DNA of 63,794 nt, counting the filler, from Octopus bimaculoides (Eukaryota), in NCBI RefSeq assembly GCF_001194135.2. It is 5 parts of 5 records of this genome, joined end to end, with 100 filler letters (N's around TTAATTAATTAA, not from the genome) between each part and the next. Parts side by side here need not be neighbours in the genome. Positions count along the whole stretch, not along the records: positions 1 to 14,704 come from NC_068988.1; positions 14,805 to 29,821 come from NC_068998.1; 3 more parts are not named here. The stretch is one strand, 5' to 3'. Shown here in pieces: positions 9,590 to 21,745 of this stretch; the stretch's first letter is position 1; each line of letters opens with the position of its first letter. The notes under the pieces are model-generated. The model ran no database searches, was not told the DNA's origin, and saw only the letters and a list, made by a program, of their open reading frames with translations. A program made the position numbers and the translations under genes.

Positions 9590-11909
9590 NNNNNNNNNNN
9601 NNNNNNNNNNNNNNNNNNNNNNNNNNNNNNNNNNNNNNNNNNNNNNNNNNNNNNNNNNNNNNNNNNNNNNNNNNNNNNNNNNNNNNNNNNNNNNNNNNNN
9701 NNNNNNNNNNNNNNNNNNNNNNNNNNNNNNNNNNNNNNNNNNNNNNNNNNNNNNNNNNNNNNNNNNNNNNNNNNNNNNNNNNNNNNNNNNNNNNNNNNNN
9801 NNNNNNNNNNNNNNNNNNNNNNNNNNNNNNNNNNNNNNNNNNNNNNNNNNNNNNNNNNNNNNNNNNNNNNNNNNNNNNNNNNNNNNNNNNNNNNNNNNNN
9901 NNNNNNNNNNNNNNNNNNNNNNNNNNNNNNNNNNNNNNNNNNNNNNNNNNNTGACAGCAGCCGTTCGGCATAAGCCCTCAGGTCCGAAATGGTTGAACAC
10001 TGAACGAGTGCGTGCAGAACGGTTTCGTCGCTCTGACCGCATCTCAGACAAGTCGGTTCGGTGTGTGTGGAATCGTGCCTGTAGAGCTTATCTCGAACGG
10101 GTAATGCTTTTCGATGGCACTGCCAGGCCAGGGATCTTTGGTGAGTGTCCATAGGTCCCGGTCCGAAAGTTGTCCTGAACAGACGGGTCAGGTGTTCCTC
10201 GTCGACGCCCAGATTCTGTCCAAGAACGTTGTTGCAACTTCCCTCCACTAATCCTCTATAGAACGCCTTTGTGGAGTTGAAGTCGCCCAAGTTTGGTCCC
10301 AGACGGCAGAGTTGCGTGAGAGCAAGGCGACACTCACCGTGCCATTCGTCTAGCCTCGATCTCCATTTGTTCCACGACTGCAGTTCGGCCAAAGAGACGA
10401 GCTGCGAGAAAGCGCGCTGCACAAACAGTGACCACAGCTGTTCACTGTCGTCTGTGAAGCGCCGGAGATGTCGCAGTCTCAGTCCATGTCTGCGCAACAT
10501 CAACCACGGCATGCCTAGCCCTACATTTAGTGAGTGTTGACAGCAAATGGATCACCTAACCATCGGAACGCTTCTCTTCCACAAAAAGCGGAAGAGTATG
10601 CGTTCCAGTTTGGTAATGGTAGTATCGGGACAAGGCACGACGGTCAGACGGTAATCGATGACGGATGCGATGTACGCGTTCGCCACCTGCACCCGACCTT
10701 TTAGAGATAGCTTCCTCTCAGCCGATTGTTGGATGAGAGTGAGTACTCTAGTTGTTATCTCGCCCCAGTTCTTCTCCATTTGGAGGTCGGGTCGGGACCG
10801 AACCAGACTCCGAGCAATTTAACCGGTCTGTCGGTCCAGCGTCCCACAATAGAGACGCTGTTGGAAGGCATGGGCTTCCTTATCCAGATGCCGAGTCGCA
10901 AGCCCAGTGACTTTTCCCGCTTAATTTTTGCTCCCGTTACCGCTTCGTATTCTTTTAGTGTCTCGCCGACCAGGTCAATATGCCTGTGGCTCGACACTAT
11001 GACGGTAACATCGTCCGCGTATGAAGACACGCTCCTCCCGCATCCCACCTCTTGCGGGTTTCCCCTTAGCGTCGCCAGCTTCTGCAGTAGCGGCTCAAGA
11101 GCCAATGCGTACAGAAGCGACGAGAGGGGGCATCCTTGACGAACCGAACGCGTGATGTTAAATACTCTGGACAGATGACCATTTACGCGGACTACCAAGC
11201 GGATTCCGTTGTATAAGGCACCGATCCAACCACGGAAGATGGAACCGAAACCAGCCGCTCTAAGGATAGCCTCCAAGTAGTGATGGTCTACCCTATCGAA
11301 AGCTTTTGAGTGATCCAAATTTATCAGCGCTCCACCCATGTCAGGTTCCTAAACTACCCTGTCTATGATGTAGTGCATTAGATGGAGGTTGTCATGGATA
11401 CTCCTACTCAGCAGGGCGCACGTTTGCGTCTTGTTGATCCGCTTCTCGATAACAAGCGCCAACCTCTCGGCTAACGCATTGGCCAAAATTTTCAAGTCTG
11501 AGTTGAGCAGAGTGATGGGCCTGAAGTTATCTATGACGTTCCCCTTGTTTGGATGTTTCTTTAGCAGTGCCACCGCTCCTCGCTTTACAGAGTCGGGGAT
11601 ATTCCCGTTTTGCTGCCAGTTGCAGTAAGCAGCTGCCAAGACTCCTCCAAACAAGTCTGGCATATGACAATAAAGTTCGTAGGGCAGACCATTCAAGCCT
11701 GGTGACTTGTCTCCCTGCTGTAATGGATATTTCACAACACTCTGCCTCTCTTGCCGAGAGTGATGGCAGATTATGCAGGTAGGCGCTAAAGTCCACTCTG
11801 CGTTCTAACCCACCAATTGTCCCAAACAGTTGGGAAAAGTGTTGTTGAAAGGCCTCACACATCGTTTCAGGCTTGAGTAATTCGCACTCCTGTTCATCTG
11901 TCAGGGACC
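9405..11909 (-). mobile_element. L1/Tx1-clade non-LTR retrotransposon (RT plus C-terminal CCHC), disrupted and truncated by gaps
   Basis: KSPGLNGLPYELY, NFRPITLLNSDLKILA, LINLDHSKAFDRVDH, RSVRQGCPLSSLLY, SYADDV, KLLGVWFG, LSLKGRVQVAN, CLRCGQSDETVLHALVQC; split across several ORFs by frameshifts and stops. The 9405-9530 3' UTR assignment crosses an N gap. Confidence 0.9.
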
Positions 11910-12781
11910 NNNNNNNNNNNNNNNNNNNNNNNNNNNNNNNNNNNNNNNNNNNNNNNNNNNNNNNNNNNNNNNNNNNNNNNNNNNNNNNNNNNNNNNNNNN
12001 NNNNNNNNNNNNNNNNNNNNNNNNNNNNNNNNNNNNNNNNNNNNNNNNNNNNNNNNNNNNNNNNNNNNNNNNNNNNNNNNNNNNNNNNNNNNNNNNNNNN
12101 NNNNNNNNNNNNNNNNNNNNNNNNNNNNNNNNNNNNNNNNNNNNNNNNNNNNNNNNNNNNNNNNNNNNNNNNNNNNNNNNNNNNNNNNNNNNNNNNNNNN
12201 NNNNNNNNNNNNNNNNNNNNNNNNNNNNNNNNNNNNNNNNNNNNNNNNNNNNNNNNNNNNNNNNNNNNNNNNNNNNNNNNNNNNNNNNNNNNNNNNNNNN
12301 NNNNNNNNNNNNNNNGATACAAAATATTCTACTTTCTTACTTTGAAGGTACGCATATAAGCAAATAGCTGACACTAAACAGTTAATCTGCATTATCACCC
12401 AAATGTACACACTAACTTTCAGAGTACTCTACATTCTCAACGCAAACAACAGTAGCTATAAATTTATCGCACCTATAAGATACAAACACGTGAAGACTGA
12501 GTGTTCATTCACATTTGCATATAAAAACACGCAGCCATATTTCAATCGAATATTTCCAGGCATTCAAATGCAACGTTAATACAATTTAGCATGAACGTGC
12601 ATATATAATTCAAGTAGTCATGAAAAAAGAGAACAGAAAACGTTAATTAAAAGTTAAGTGTATATGCCGGTGCTTCCTAGACTGTAATTTCGACTAGTGA
12701 GGAGAAATGTATATAAGCATACATAAAAACTTAAACACACATACATACATACATACATACATACATACATACGTATGTATG

Positions 12782-12815
<34 letters not shown>

Positions 12816-13017
12816 GGTGTGTATGAGTGTGTGTGTATGTGTTTGTGTATACATACATACATACATACAAACAAAAATACGCTATTGTTGGTGTTGAAAT
12901 TCCAATAAAGGTGCCCTTGGATCTAGGTTAGAAACTGGTTCTTTCTCTATTGGCCAGAAATCTTGAAATAAACTGAATAATGACATACATAACATTCGGT
13001 ATCAATCTTGTACTCAC

Positions 13018-13117
13018 TTCAGGTAGGCTTACAACTAGATTTGGTACTAGTTTGGATGAGCAATATTCTATTTGGGACTTGATAAAATATGAACCTATTT
13101 CCAATACTGCTTATAAC
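13018..13117 (-). pseudogene. Putative exon 2 of the galaxin-like gene (broken)
   Basis: Acceptor ACAATTCTAG, donor AA|GTGAGT. Starts GT, completing the T| phase-1 codon of exon 1 to Cys. In-frame stops; a shifted frame gives SYFIKSQIEYCSSKLVP (degenerate CC repeat). Confidence 0.45.
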
Positions 13118-13480
13118 CTAGAATTGTATTTTGTAAATATGTATTCATATGATAACGTGAATACATATTTATTTAATATGGCGCCAGTAAAATTAAGGTG
13201 CAAAAAATGTATTCCTCTTACAATATATTTCAAATAATACTAATGTGATATTCAAAGTGAAATGGCGGTATCTATGACTTGAATTTTACTTTATATTAAT
13301 CTATATAAACATTACCTATAAGTACTTATAATTCACTTTAAACTCGAATGAAATATATCGATCTTCATTCGTGATATACTAGCAACTTTGAAAATATAGA
13401 AGACCTAATATTTTTTGTTATATGTACTTGCAGAATGAATAACAAAAAAAGTTACATATAGAATTGTAAAAACGACTTAC

Positions 13481-13574
13481 AAGTTGTTTGCGGAATATAA
13501 TGTGGATGTAAGGCAGTTGTTGATCCAATGATTGCAAGCAGAGCAGATGCAATAGCGATTAAAATTTTGAACAT
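13481..13574 (-). CDS. First coding exon with signal peptide (secreted protein; likely start of the galaxin-like gene)
   Basis: ATG at 13574-13572; MFKILIAIASALLAIIGSTTA-LHPHYIPQTT followed by T|GTAAGT perfect donor (94 nt, phase 1); classical n/h/c signal-peptide pattern. Too short for the ORF track. Confidence 0.7.
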
Positions 13575-13630
13575 GATCTTCCCTGTTCTCTTCTCGATTC
13601 CAGATTCACTTTGATAAGAACGGGAAAACA

Positions 13631-13638
13631 TTTATATA
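13631..13638 (-). promoter_or_regulatory. Candidate TATA box
   Basis: TATATAAA on the minus strand, 56 nt upstream of the signal-peptide ATG; leaves room for a start site about 25-30 nt downstream and a short 5' UTR. Confidence 0.4.
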
Positions 13639-13912
13639 TTGTTCTAAAGATTAAAAATTACACAAGGTAACCTAAAATTCTCACACTATTATTTTTATAT
13701 CTTGTTCCTGACTTTACTGCATGAGAATATTTCACAGTTGTGCTAATACAGAAACAAAGGATGCATTCATTAAATAATGAAACTGAAGTTAGATTGGAAT
13801 TATTTAAAAGTAAAAAAATACCCGCATGGTGTGAAGAGTAATTGTGACGCAATCGTTATTCATGTTCTTTTCATTATCAATTCTATTATTAGCATTTGTA
13901 CAATTATAATTA

Positions 13913-14275
13913 ATGCGGTGAGCTGGTAAAATCGTTGGAAAGCCAGACAAAATGTTTTGTAGTATTTCGCTCTTTTTCTCCATTCTGAATTCAACTACTG
14001 CCGAGCTGCAATTTGCCTTTCGTCTTTTTGCGTTCGAGAAATTAAATACAAGTGAAACAATGGGGTCGACGTAATCAAGTAGTCTCCTCCCCCAAAACAT
14101 CCAGCCTTGTGCTTTTAGAAGAAAAAAATATTATTATTATTAAAGTAGCGAGCTGGCAGAATCGTTACCTAGCTGGGAGAAATGTTTAGCGGTATTTCGT
14201 TTGTCGCTACGTTCTGAGTTCAAGTTACGCCGAAGTCAACTTTGCCTTTCATTCTTTCGGGGTCAATAACTCAAG
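13913..14275 (+). mobile_element. Two adjacent family-B SINE copies (old 13913-14110; younger, truncated 14146-14275)
   Basis: Both carry GAGCTGG...AATCGTT heads and TCTGA(G/A)TTCAA boxes. Confidence 0.75.
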
Positions 14276-14748
14276 TACGGTGATTTCATGTGCTGAAGCA
14301 CATTTTGTTGTGTTTGAGGGAAAATATTCTATTTTAATGCCTTATTAATTAACACACTCACCGGTTTGATTTCCACTGATTTAATTATGTATTCATTTAT
14401 CTATTTTCTAAAATTTCCATTGCTTCTTGTAAACACTTCAATAGTTGTTGTTGACTCTATCCGTTATAGGAGCTGCTTTCTTTTTGTTTGTTTGTTTGTG
14501 CACGTGTGTGTGCGTTAGTCTGCATGTATATACACATATGTATATAGCTATATATGTATGCATGTATGTACGTACGTATATATGTTTGCATATATATGTA
14601 TGTATGCGTGTATGCACGTTTGTATGTATCTATTCTACATATTCATGTGTTTGTGTGTGCATATTTGTGTGTATGTCTACCTATCTGTTTATCTACGTGC
14701 CAATNNNNNNNNNNNNNNNNNNNNNNNNNNNNNNNNNNNNNNNNNNNN

Positions 14749-14760
14749 TTAATTAATTAA
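14749..14760. other. Assembly spacer TTAATTAATTAA (also 29866-29877, 58985-58996, 62402-62413)
   Basis: Each is centred between two 44-N runs (100 bp total) and has stops in all six frames; scaffolding artefact. Confidence 0.95.
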
Positions 14761-14804
14761 NNNNNNNNNNNNNNNNNNNNNNNNNNNNNNNNNNNNNNNN
14801 NNNN

Positions 14805-15510
14805 GGTTATCTTTGGTTTATTTTACCATTTGATAAAAATGTTAAGTCGAATTTGGTAGCTCAGTTTAGGGAGGTAATTAGTAAGCATTTCCCTGCAAAT
14901 TCGCGTTACGGTAAAATTATTAATACGCATAATGTTAGGTTTGGTTTTTCCAATACTAAGAACCTAGAGAAGATTATTGCAGCACATAATTCTAAAGTTC
15001 TTAAGACAGGCATGAATGGAATCAATAGGGATGAGGTCCCTCACTTAGGTAATAATATTATAGGTTCTAAGATTGAGGTAACTGAGATTAATCCCAGGAG
15101 GTTAAAGTTTGAGGGTCCGAACGTGAGATTAAGGAATATAGTGTATCAGTGTAAGGTTAGGAGTGATACAGATGTTAGTGTTTATGTGGGTTGTTCTTCG
15201 GATAAGATTTGTAGGAGAATTTCTTGTCACTTTAATACATTTAGAGATAGGAGTAAAATAACTAGTACTAGTCTTAGTAGGTTTATTTGGGGGTTAAAAG
15301 AACAAACAAAGAACTTTTCGTTAGAAGGGTAGGAGGTATTGCAACTTGTGCAATCTTGAGTTGTTTTTTATTATATTTTCTAAGCATAAACTAATTAATA
15401 AACTAACATATAATGGGTTCAGATGTGTTCACGTTCGCAAACATACTTATCTTTGGTTTAGACAATTTCATTCTTTATTTCTCCTATAGCAGAACTTTGT
15501 TATGATCGGG
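14805..15510 (+). mobile_element. Penelope-like retroelement remnant: RT thumb/linker plus GIY-YIG endonuclease
   Basis: LPFDKNVKSNLVAQFREVISKHFPANSRYGKIINTHNVRFGFSNTKNLEKIIAAHNSKVL...NIVYQCKV...VYVGCSS...RISCHFNTFR...TSLSRFIWGLKE, then RYCNLCNLELFFI...INKL...RCVH. Confidence 0.88.
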
Positions 15511-15746
15511 TATTAAGGTCTGGGTTTTAGTATTTTTAGTTCTGCTATTGCTCTATTTACTTATTCGTACATCTGTTCATATACGTGTGCAAGTGTATAT
15601 ACATATGCATAGGTATACGTGGAAAAATGTGTGTATATATTGTATGTATGTGTGTATGTGTGTATATATGTATATGGGTATGTGTATGTATATGTATGTT
15701 TGCATGTATGTATATGTGTGTATATATACTTATATGTATATATGTA

Positions 15747-15811
<65 letters not shown>

Positions 15812-16610
15812 NNNNNNNNNNNNNNNNNNNNNNNNNNNNNNNNNNNNNNNNNNNNNNNNNNNNNNNNNNNNNNNNNNNNNNNNNNNNNNNNNNNNNNNNN
15901 NNNNNNNNNNNNNNNNNNNNNNNNNNNNNNNNNNNNNNNNNNNNNNNNNNNNNNNNNNNNNNNNNNNNNNNNNNNNNNNNNNNNNNNNNNNNNNNNNNNN
16001 NNNNNNNNNNNNNNNNNNNNNNNNNNNNNNNNNNNNNNNNNNNNNNNNNNNNNNNNNNNNNNNNNNNNNNNNNNNNNNNNNNNNNNNNNNNNNNNNNNNN
16101 NNNNNNNNNNNNNNNNNNNNNNNNNNNNNNNNNNNNNNNNNNNNNNNNNNNNNNNNNNNNNNNNNNNNNNNNNNNNNNNNNNNNNNNNNNNNNNNNNNNN
16201 NNNNNNNNNNNNNNNNNNNNNNNNNNNNNNNNNNNNNNNNNNNNNNNNNNNNNNNNNNNNNNNNNNNNNNNNNNNNNNNNNNNNNNNNNNNNNNNNNNNN
16301 NNNNNNNNNNNNNNNNNNNNNNNNNNNNNNNNNNNNNNNNNNNNNNNNNNNNNNNNNNNNNNNNNNNNNNNNNNNNNNNNNNNNNNNNNNNNNNNNNNNN
16401 NNNNNNNNNNNNNNNNNNNNNNNNNNNNNNNNNNNNNNNNNNNNNNNNNNNNNNNNNNNNNNNNNNNNNNNNNNNNNNNNNNNNNNNNNNNNNNNNNNNN
16501 NNNNNNNNNNNNNNNNNNNNNNNNNNNNNNNNNNNNNNNNNNNNNNNNNNNNNNNNNNNNNNNNNNNNNNNNNNNNNNNNNNNNNNNNNNNNNNNNNNNN
16601 NNNNNNNNNN

Positions 16611-16639
<29 letters not shown>

Positions 16640-16646
<7 letters not shown>

Positions 16647-17460
16647 CTGCACTTATCACTTTCTGATGTGTTGTCTATTCTGTATTTTATGTAATGTATT
16701 CTTAGTGCTTGCTCTTGGGCAGCATAGATTAGAGCCTCCGTTTCCGGTTTTAAATCACTTTTATTCATTCACAGCCATCTTTTTTTTCTCTGTCTATCTT
16801 ATCTTCAACATTCCTATAAAATTGTCCATGTATTCTTTTCTTTACCCATCTATTTTCAGTTTCATTCGTTGTCAATTGCTTGTACAGTGCTTTATCTTTG
16901 GCAATCTTTCAACCTACATAAGCCTGACCTTCGTACTTGTAATAATAGTGTTTCTGTGTTATTTTTAACATACCATGCTATGTTGTTTTCATCTGTTCTA
17001 ATGCTGTGTTCTTGGTACATACAGTCTGTCTGTGTCATGTTTTAGGTGGCGTATCCCATATCTAGTTAGAAACTTCCTTGTCTCTGTGTCTAAGCTGTTT
17101 ATATCATCTACTGTCCAAGCGATTACCCCTGTTCCATACCTAAGGAGTGAAACCGCCCAGGTATTGATAGCTTCAATGTTATTCTGCCCGTTTAATTTCG
17201 ACTTAAGGATAGGACTCAGGTCTGCGCAAGTATTCCACCTTAAATTTTTCTGTCATTTCCTTCCCCATCAATCTATCCATTTCTAAAGTCCCCAAGTACT
17301 TATAGCCCGTCTCTTCTATCTGCTTCATAACCTTCCCGTCCATACATTTGATTTTGCCTCTCTTCAAGACTAACACACCACACTTTCTCAGTCGGAAAGC
17401 CATTCTGATATCAGCACTCAAATTATACACCGTATCAACGAGGGAACTGACTTGGGATTC
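16640..17460 (-). mobile_element. R4/Dong-clade LINE fragment (RT 3' half to start of CCHC)
   Basis: SADIRMAFRLRKCGVLVLKRGK...YKYLGTLE...LRR; KSDLKPETEALIYAAQEQALRIHYIKYRIDNTSESDKCR. Confidence 0.85.
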
Positions 17461-17481
17461 ATAATTATTATTGTTATTATT

Positions 17482-18002
17482 GAGTGAGAGAGCAGTGCAT
17501 GCCATCAAAGTGACACTGGGGTAAAATATTACCAAGCCCATTACACCCATCATGACTACCCGTCTGATAAGGGTACACCAGACACATGCATCACAACCGT
17601 ATATGCGCGACATGGTGACTCATATCAAGATAAACACTGCATGACCTCGTAGGTGGGGCCCAGTTAGAATTTTCTTCAGGTCGAGTAGCCCATCCCGCTC
17701 AAAAGGTCCCTGAATAAGGCTTGTTTAAGGATGTTGAGCAAAGCACTCATGTTTCCAAAGGTGTATTATTCAAACCTCTCCCACTACTTCTGCTCATGAT
17801 CAGAGATGCACATATCGTCAGCCACCAAGGCACATTCTCAACTGGTTATGGTCAAACAACTGACAAGCAAATCTGTGGTATTAAGCAGAAAATTTGCTGT
17901 AGCCCATCTCTTTATACCCAGACAAAACAATGTACATGATGACACTTCCAATCAATTAAGATCAGACGCCATGCGAGCCACTGCCTGGTACTGCATCCGG
18001 GC

Positions 18003-18006
<4 letters not shown>
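17482..18006 (-). mobile_element. Unclassified about 525-bp non-coding interspersed element flanked by (AAT)n on both sides
   Basis: Higher-GC block bounded by ATT tracts at 17461-17481 and 18004-18066, between two Dong-like copies; no transposon ORF seen. Strand inferred from the AAT tail; I recall this sequence as a common octopus repeat. Confidence 0.55.
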
Positions 18007-18063
<57 letters not shown>

Positions 18064-18067
18064 TATT

Positions 18068-19830
18068 CACTTAACTTCCCGTGTTTTATCTACGTCACTC
18101 CTGAGTTCTATCCCGCAGCTAACAGACACAGGACTTACTTCAGCACTGAAGTTCTTACAAGTATTGCTGCCAACTGTATACTGCCTAAGAAATTTCGTAT
18201 TTGAAGCTCCTGATAAAAAAATATTGCTCTCTTTGAGATGGCTCCAAGTGCACCGATCACACGGGTACTGCACTCACCTTTTTAGATTCTTGGCATTCTT
18301 TTCACTTCGAATCTTAGTGCTTCGTACTTTTATTTCCTAAAGCTTGTTCTTGATCAGCAAGAATCTGTCCATCTGTCTCCTTAAAACAAAAAACATGTCG
18401 ATGAGTCATCATCAGCTTCATCCACTGTTTGTTGGATAAACACGCCATGTAGGACGTTCTCTTTCCAGTTGACGATGTTTTTTTTTATTTGTCTTCATTC
18501 GTACTCATCGGAGATCTCACTGTTGTCACTGATCACCTAAGTCAGTGCATCCTTCAACGTACTTTCATCATTATTCCTCAGATGAGCATGCAAAGACTTC
18601 ATCTTCTTTAGTGCCCTATCTTCTTCCGCCTTCCTTCCTAGGTAAGGATAATGTTGCTACGCTACTTGTATCATGCAATCATCTATGCATAGTCATTACA
18701 TTCCTAGTGTTTCTATCGGTGTTGATAAGTTCTTTTGCCCTTTTCACAACACCTGTGTAGTAACGTAACTCACCTACAGTCCACTCGTTGATGCCTCTCA
18801 TCAGGTTTCCTCAATTTATCTTAGACCAACATAGCTTTTTAACTCTGCTGATATACTTAACAATAAATTTTTACTTCATCAAGGTGTTCAAAATCTGGCC
18901 TAGTTATAAAACTCTAAGATACTTGTAATCCTCTCCGTTCACTTCATCATCTGGACGTTGTACTTTTCGCTATCTACATTTCGCTATCTACTTTTCGCTA
19001 TCTCCTTTTCGCTGTCTACTTTTTCGCTATCTCATTTTCGCTGTCTACTTTTCGTTATCTCCTCAGTTCAGTAAGAACACATATTTCTATACGAAATGTC
19101 ATCTGGGTGTATTGTGGGAAAATACGTACGGATTAGATGAGGAGGTACAATTGGCCCCTGCTAGATCCGTAAAACTTCAAATCATACATAAACAATAGGA
19201 TATTTATTGGTCTAATATTTTTTCTGCAGTTTGTAACCAGTTCCCATCTTTCTCAGGACTATGGAGAGCAGTAACATTATGAAGTCGACTTGTCCAATTT
19301 CTTGTATTTACCTGCAGTCACAACAGTATTCTATGTCTTTATGCTATTTTTGAACAAATAAATCAATTCTTTCGCTGCTCCGACCATCTCCAGGAATTTT
19401 AAGATTCACAAGTGAGGATGCATATCGTTTGGCTTCTTATAGGCAAACCATCTCCGGCAGTTCCTTAGAATTGCCTTATCAATCAGCAACTGATTCTTTT
19501 CTCCACATACTCCTTATACAACTTCCCTGTGCATCCAGTTGAAGGTCAGTTCTTTGAAAATGGTCATATAGTTTCTTTCCTATGATCTCAGTTAGAAGCT
19601 TCCACATCAGAGGTAAACAAACAATTGGGCGATGGTTATTGACCACGGCTCCATTTGATAGGTCGTTCGGAGTCAGCACAGTTTTCCCTTTGATCAACCA
19701 CTGTGGTACAAGTCTTTGGCTCTGCACAGCCTTGCAAGAGTCTTCGTAATTCCTGATGTACATTCGTCAAAATCTTGAATCGGAGACCCTGAGCTACGTT
19801 CGGGCAACAACTTTTCCAATACTTCATCCA
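18068..19830 (-). mobile_element. R4/Dong-clade LINE, 5'-truncated and heavily decayed
   Basis: WLIKGKTVL...NHRPIVCLPLMWKLLT, YKKPNDMHPH, YKYL, GNLMRGINEW...LPRKEGGR, ETDGQILADQEQAL, KYEALRFEVKR...VIGALGAI; 3' end abuts (AAT)n. Confidence 0.85.
18961..19059. repeat. 14-bp minisatellite (TACTTTTCGCTATC) x7
   Basis: Seven visible degenerate units inside the Dong RT, just upstream of YKYL. Confidence 0.9.
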
Positions 19831-20089
19831 AATGGCATGAAATATAGAGAAATACGCTGTTATAGAAATGAGGGGAGAACGAAAAGTAGACCACATTGGA
19901 GTACAACTTCCAGGTGATGAGCAGGTAAGAGAAGGGAACGGAGAGGTTTATAAATAACTTGGTGTTTTATAACTAGGCCACTTGTTGAACATCAAGATGG
20001 AGAAAATTTCTTCTGCATATATCGGGAATAGTTAAGATGATCTCTCGATAGTAATACTAGTGGCTGCGTTATTGAATCCTCATTTTGTT

Positions 20090-21745
20090 CAACATTTGAT
20101 TAATGGATAAAAGAAGTAGTACAAACAACAGTGTAAATGTGGATGAAAATTCAGGTGACAGACCTCCGCCAGGTTGTGTCATGTGGGTGAGCAGAACAGG
20201 TCTAGGCTTCATTATGCAACCGCCAGAACAATATAGCAAGGAATATAGTTGTCATGGAATGTTATCTTTTGAGCAGAACCGTTATTGATGAAAGGAAGCC
20301 CATAAGAGGCTGTAGAAAGAGAATGCGGCACATCGGGATAGAGTCGCAGGGCTTAGCTGGAACAGAGAGTGTGTGATCAGGCAACGATAATAAGGAAGAA
20401 CAGATGGTTAATGATGTTAGAGCATGAAGATATAAAGAATAGGTTACGAATTAAAACACAGTAATTGAAGATCAAGTGGATAGGGTGAATGTTGAGGAGA
20501 TTATTTCGAATGAAGCTGTTCAGGAGAATGAATTGAATTTAGTTTTGAGAATGTAAAAAGACTGAGTAATGACCATAGTGGATTGATCGACGAGATCACC
20601 AGTATCATTGAGAAAAGTCTAGATATAGAAGTAAATAAATTCAAGAATGTGGATAGAATTTTGCACAGGGGGTGGACTCGCAACGTGAATAAGATACTGA
20701 GGACATTAAAACGGACAATATTACTAGAACGGTTAGCTTGATTAAAGCTTGTATGATTTACATAGGAAAGAAGGTAGGTTTTGAACCAAATCTTAAAAGA
20801 GGAAATGTAGCAAAATAATTTTTGTGGAAAAGAAAGATAAAGCAATCAATGAACGAACTACGAAAACATATCGATATCCTGGAAAGAAAGAAACAAGGTG
20901 AAATCAGGAAGAAGCAGAGTTATTAGCAACTAAAACGTAGATATAGGATAAAGGAACAGGAGTTAAATATAAAGCTGAAACAAAGACTCTTTGTGGCAAA
21001 GATGAAGAGATATGATCATAAAATTGAACAATATAAGATCAATAAATTTGTTCCAAAGGATTGGAAAAGCGTTTATCGGCATCTGAAGAGAAAAGTTTAA
21101 CAACATTGAGAAACCGGTTGCCGAAGGAAGTAAGAGGTTTTGGAGTAATATTTGGGATAACGGGAGGAATCATAAGAAATATGATGAATGGTTGAAGGAA
21201 TTCGCATTGGAGAAAAATGAAATGAAACCGAACAATATAAGGATATCAATTGAATTAGTGACCGAGCTAATAACAAAGGTTCCAAATTGGAAATGCCCAG
21301 GCCCGATGGCGAGCAAGGGTTATGGCTGAAAAGTTTCCCATCATAACCCGAAAGAATAAGTGCACAAACGGATGAAATGATTAACAACGGGGATGAAATC
21401 ACAAAGTGGGTGACTATAGGGGAAAGGGTTCTTAGTCAAAAGGAACCCGGTAAAGGTAATGCAGTGTATATTTACAAGTCAATTTCCTGTCAGCCCTTGA
21501 TGTGGAAGCTGGTAACAATAATAATGTCTAATGTTGTTGTATGACTAATTGAAATGAATGGAAATCTGCTAGTGGAACGGAAGGGGTGTAGGATAAAGAA
21601 CCGAGGGACAAAAGAACAATTTCTGATAGACTGTTACAAAAGACACATTAATCTGGATGTGGCGTCGACCAATTATATGAAAGTTTATGACATGATTAGT
21701 CGTTCCTGGATTTTATATGAAGTCTTGAATGGATGTGATAGAGTA
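20090..21745 (+). mobile_element. R4/Dong-clade LINE, 5' portion (N-terminus to RT domain 3), decayed
   Basis: NIVVMECYLLS...RGCRKRM...EQRVCDQATIIRKNRWL; PNWKCPGP; SISCQPLMWKLVT; KGCRIKNRGTKEQFLID; YMKVYDMISRSWI. Confidence 0.8.

Noticed and set aside
12895-12945. Third hammerhead-like motif (CCAATAAAGG...AGAAACTGGTT)
   Set aside because: Core differs from CUGANGA at three positions and helix II does not pair; too degenerate to call.
14749-14760. Conserved TTAATTAATTAA motif occurring four times
   Set aside because: Always centred in a 44N+12+44N block; assembly spacer.
18068-21745. Back-to-back Dong pieces as one twin-primed, 5'-inverted insertion
   Set aside because: The overlapping RT region (WK..GP to MWKL) is very different at the nucleotide level in the two pieces, so they are separate subfamilies.
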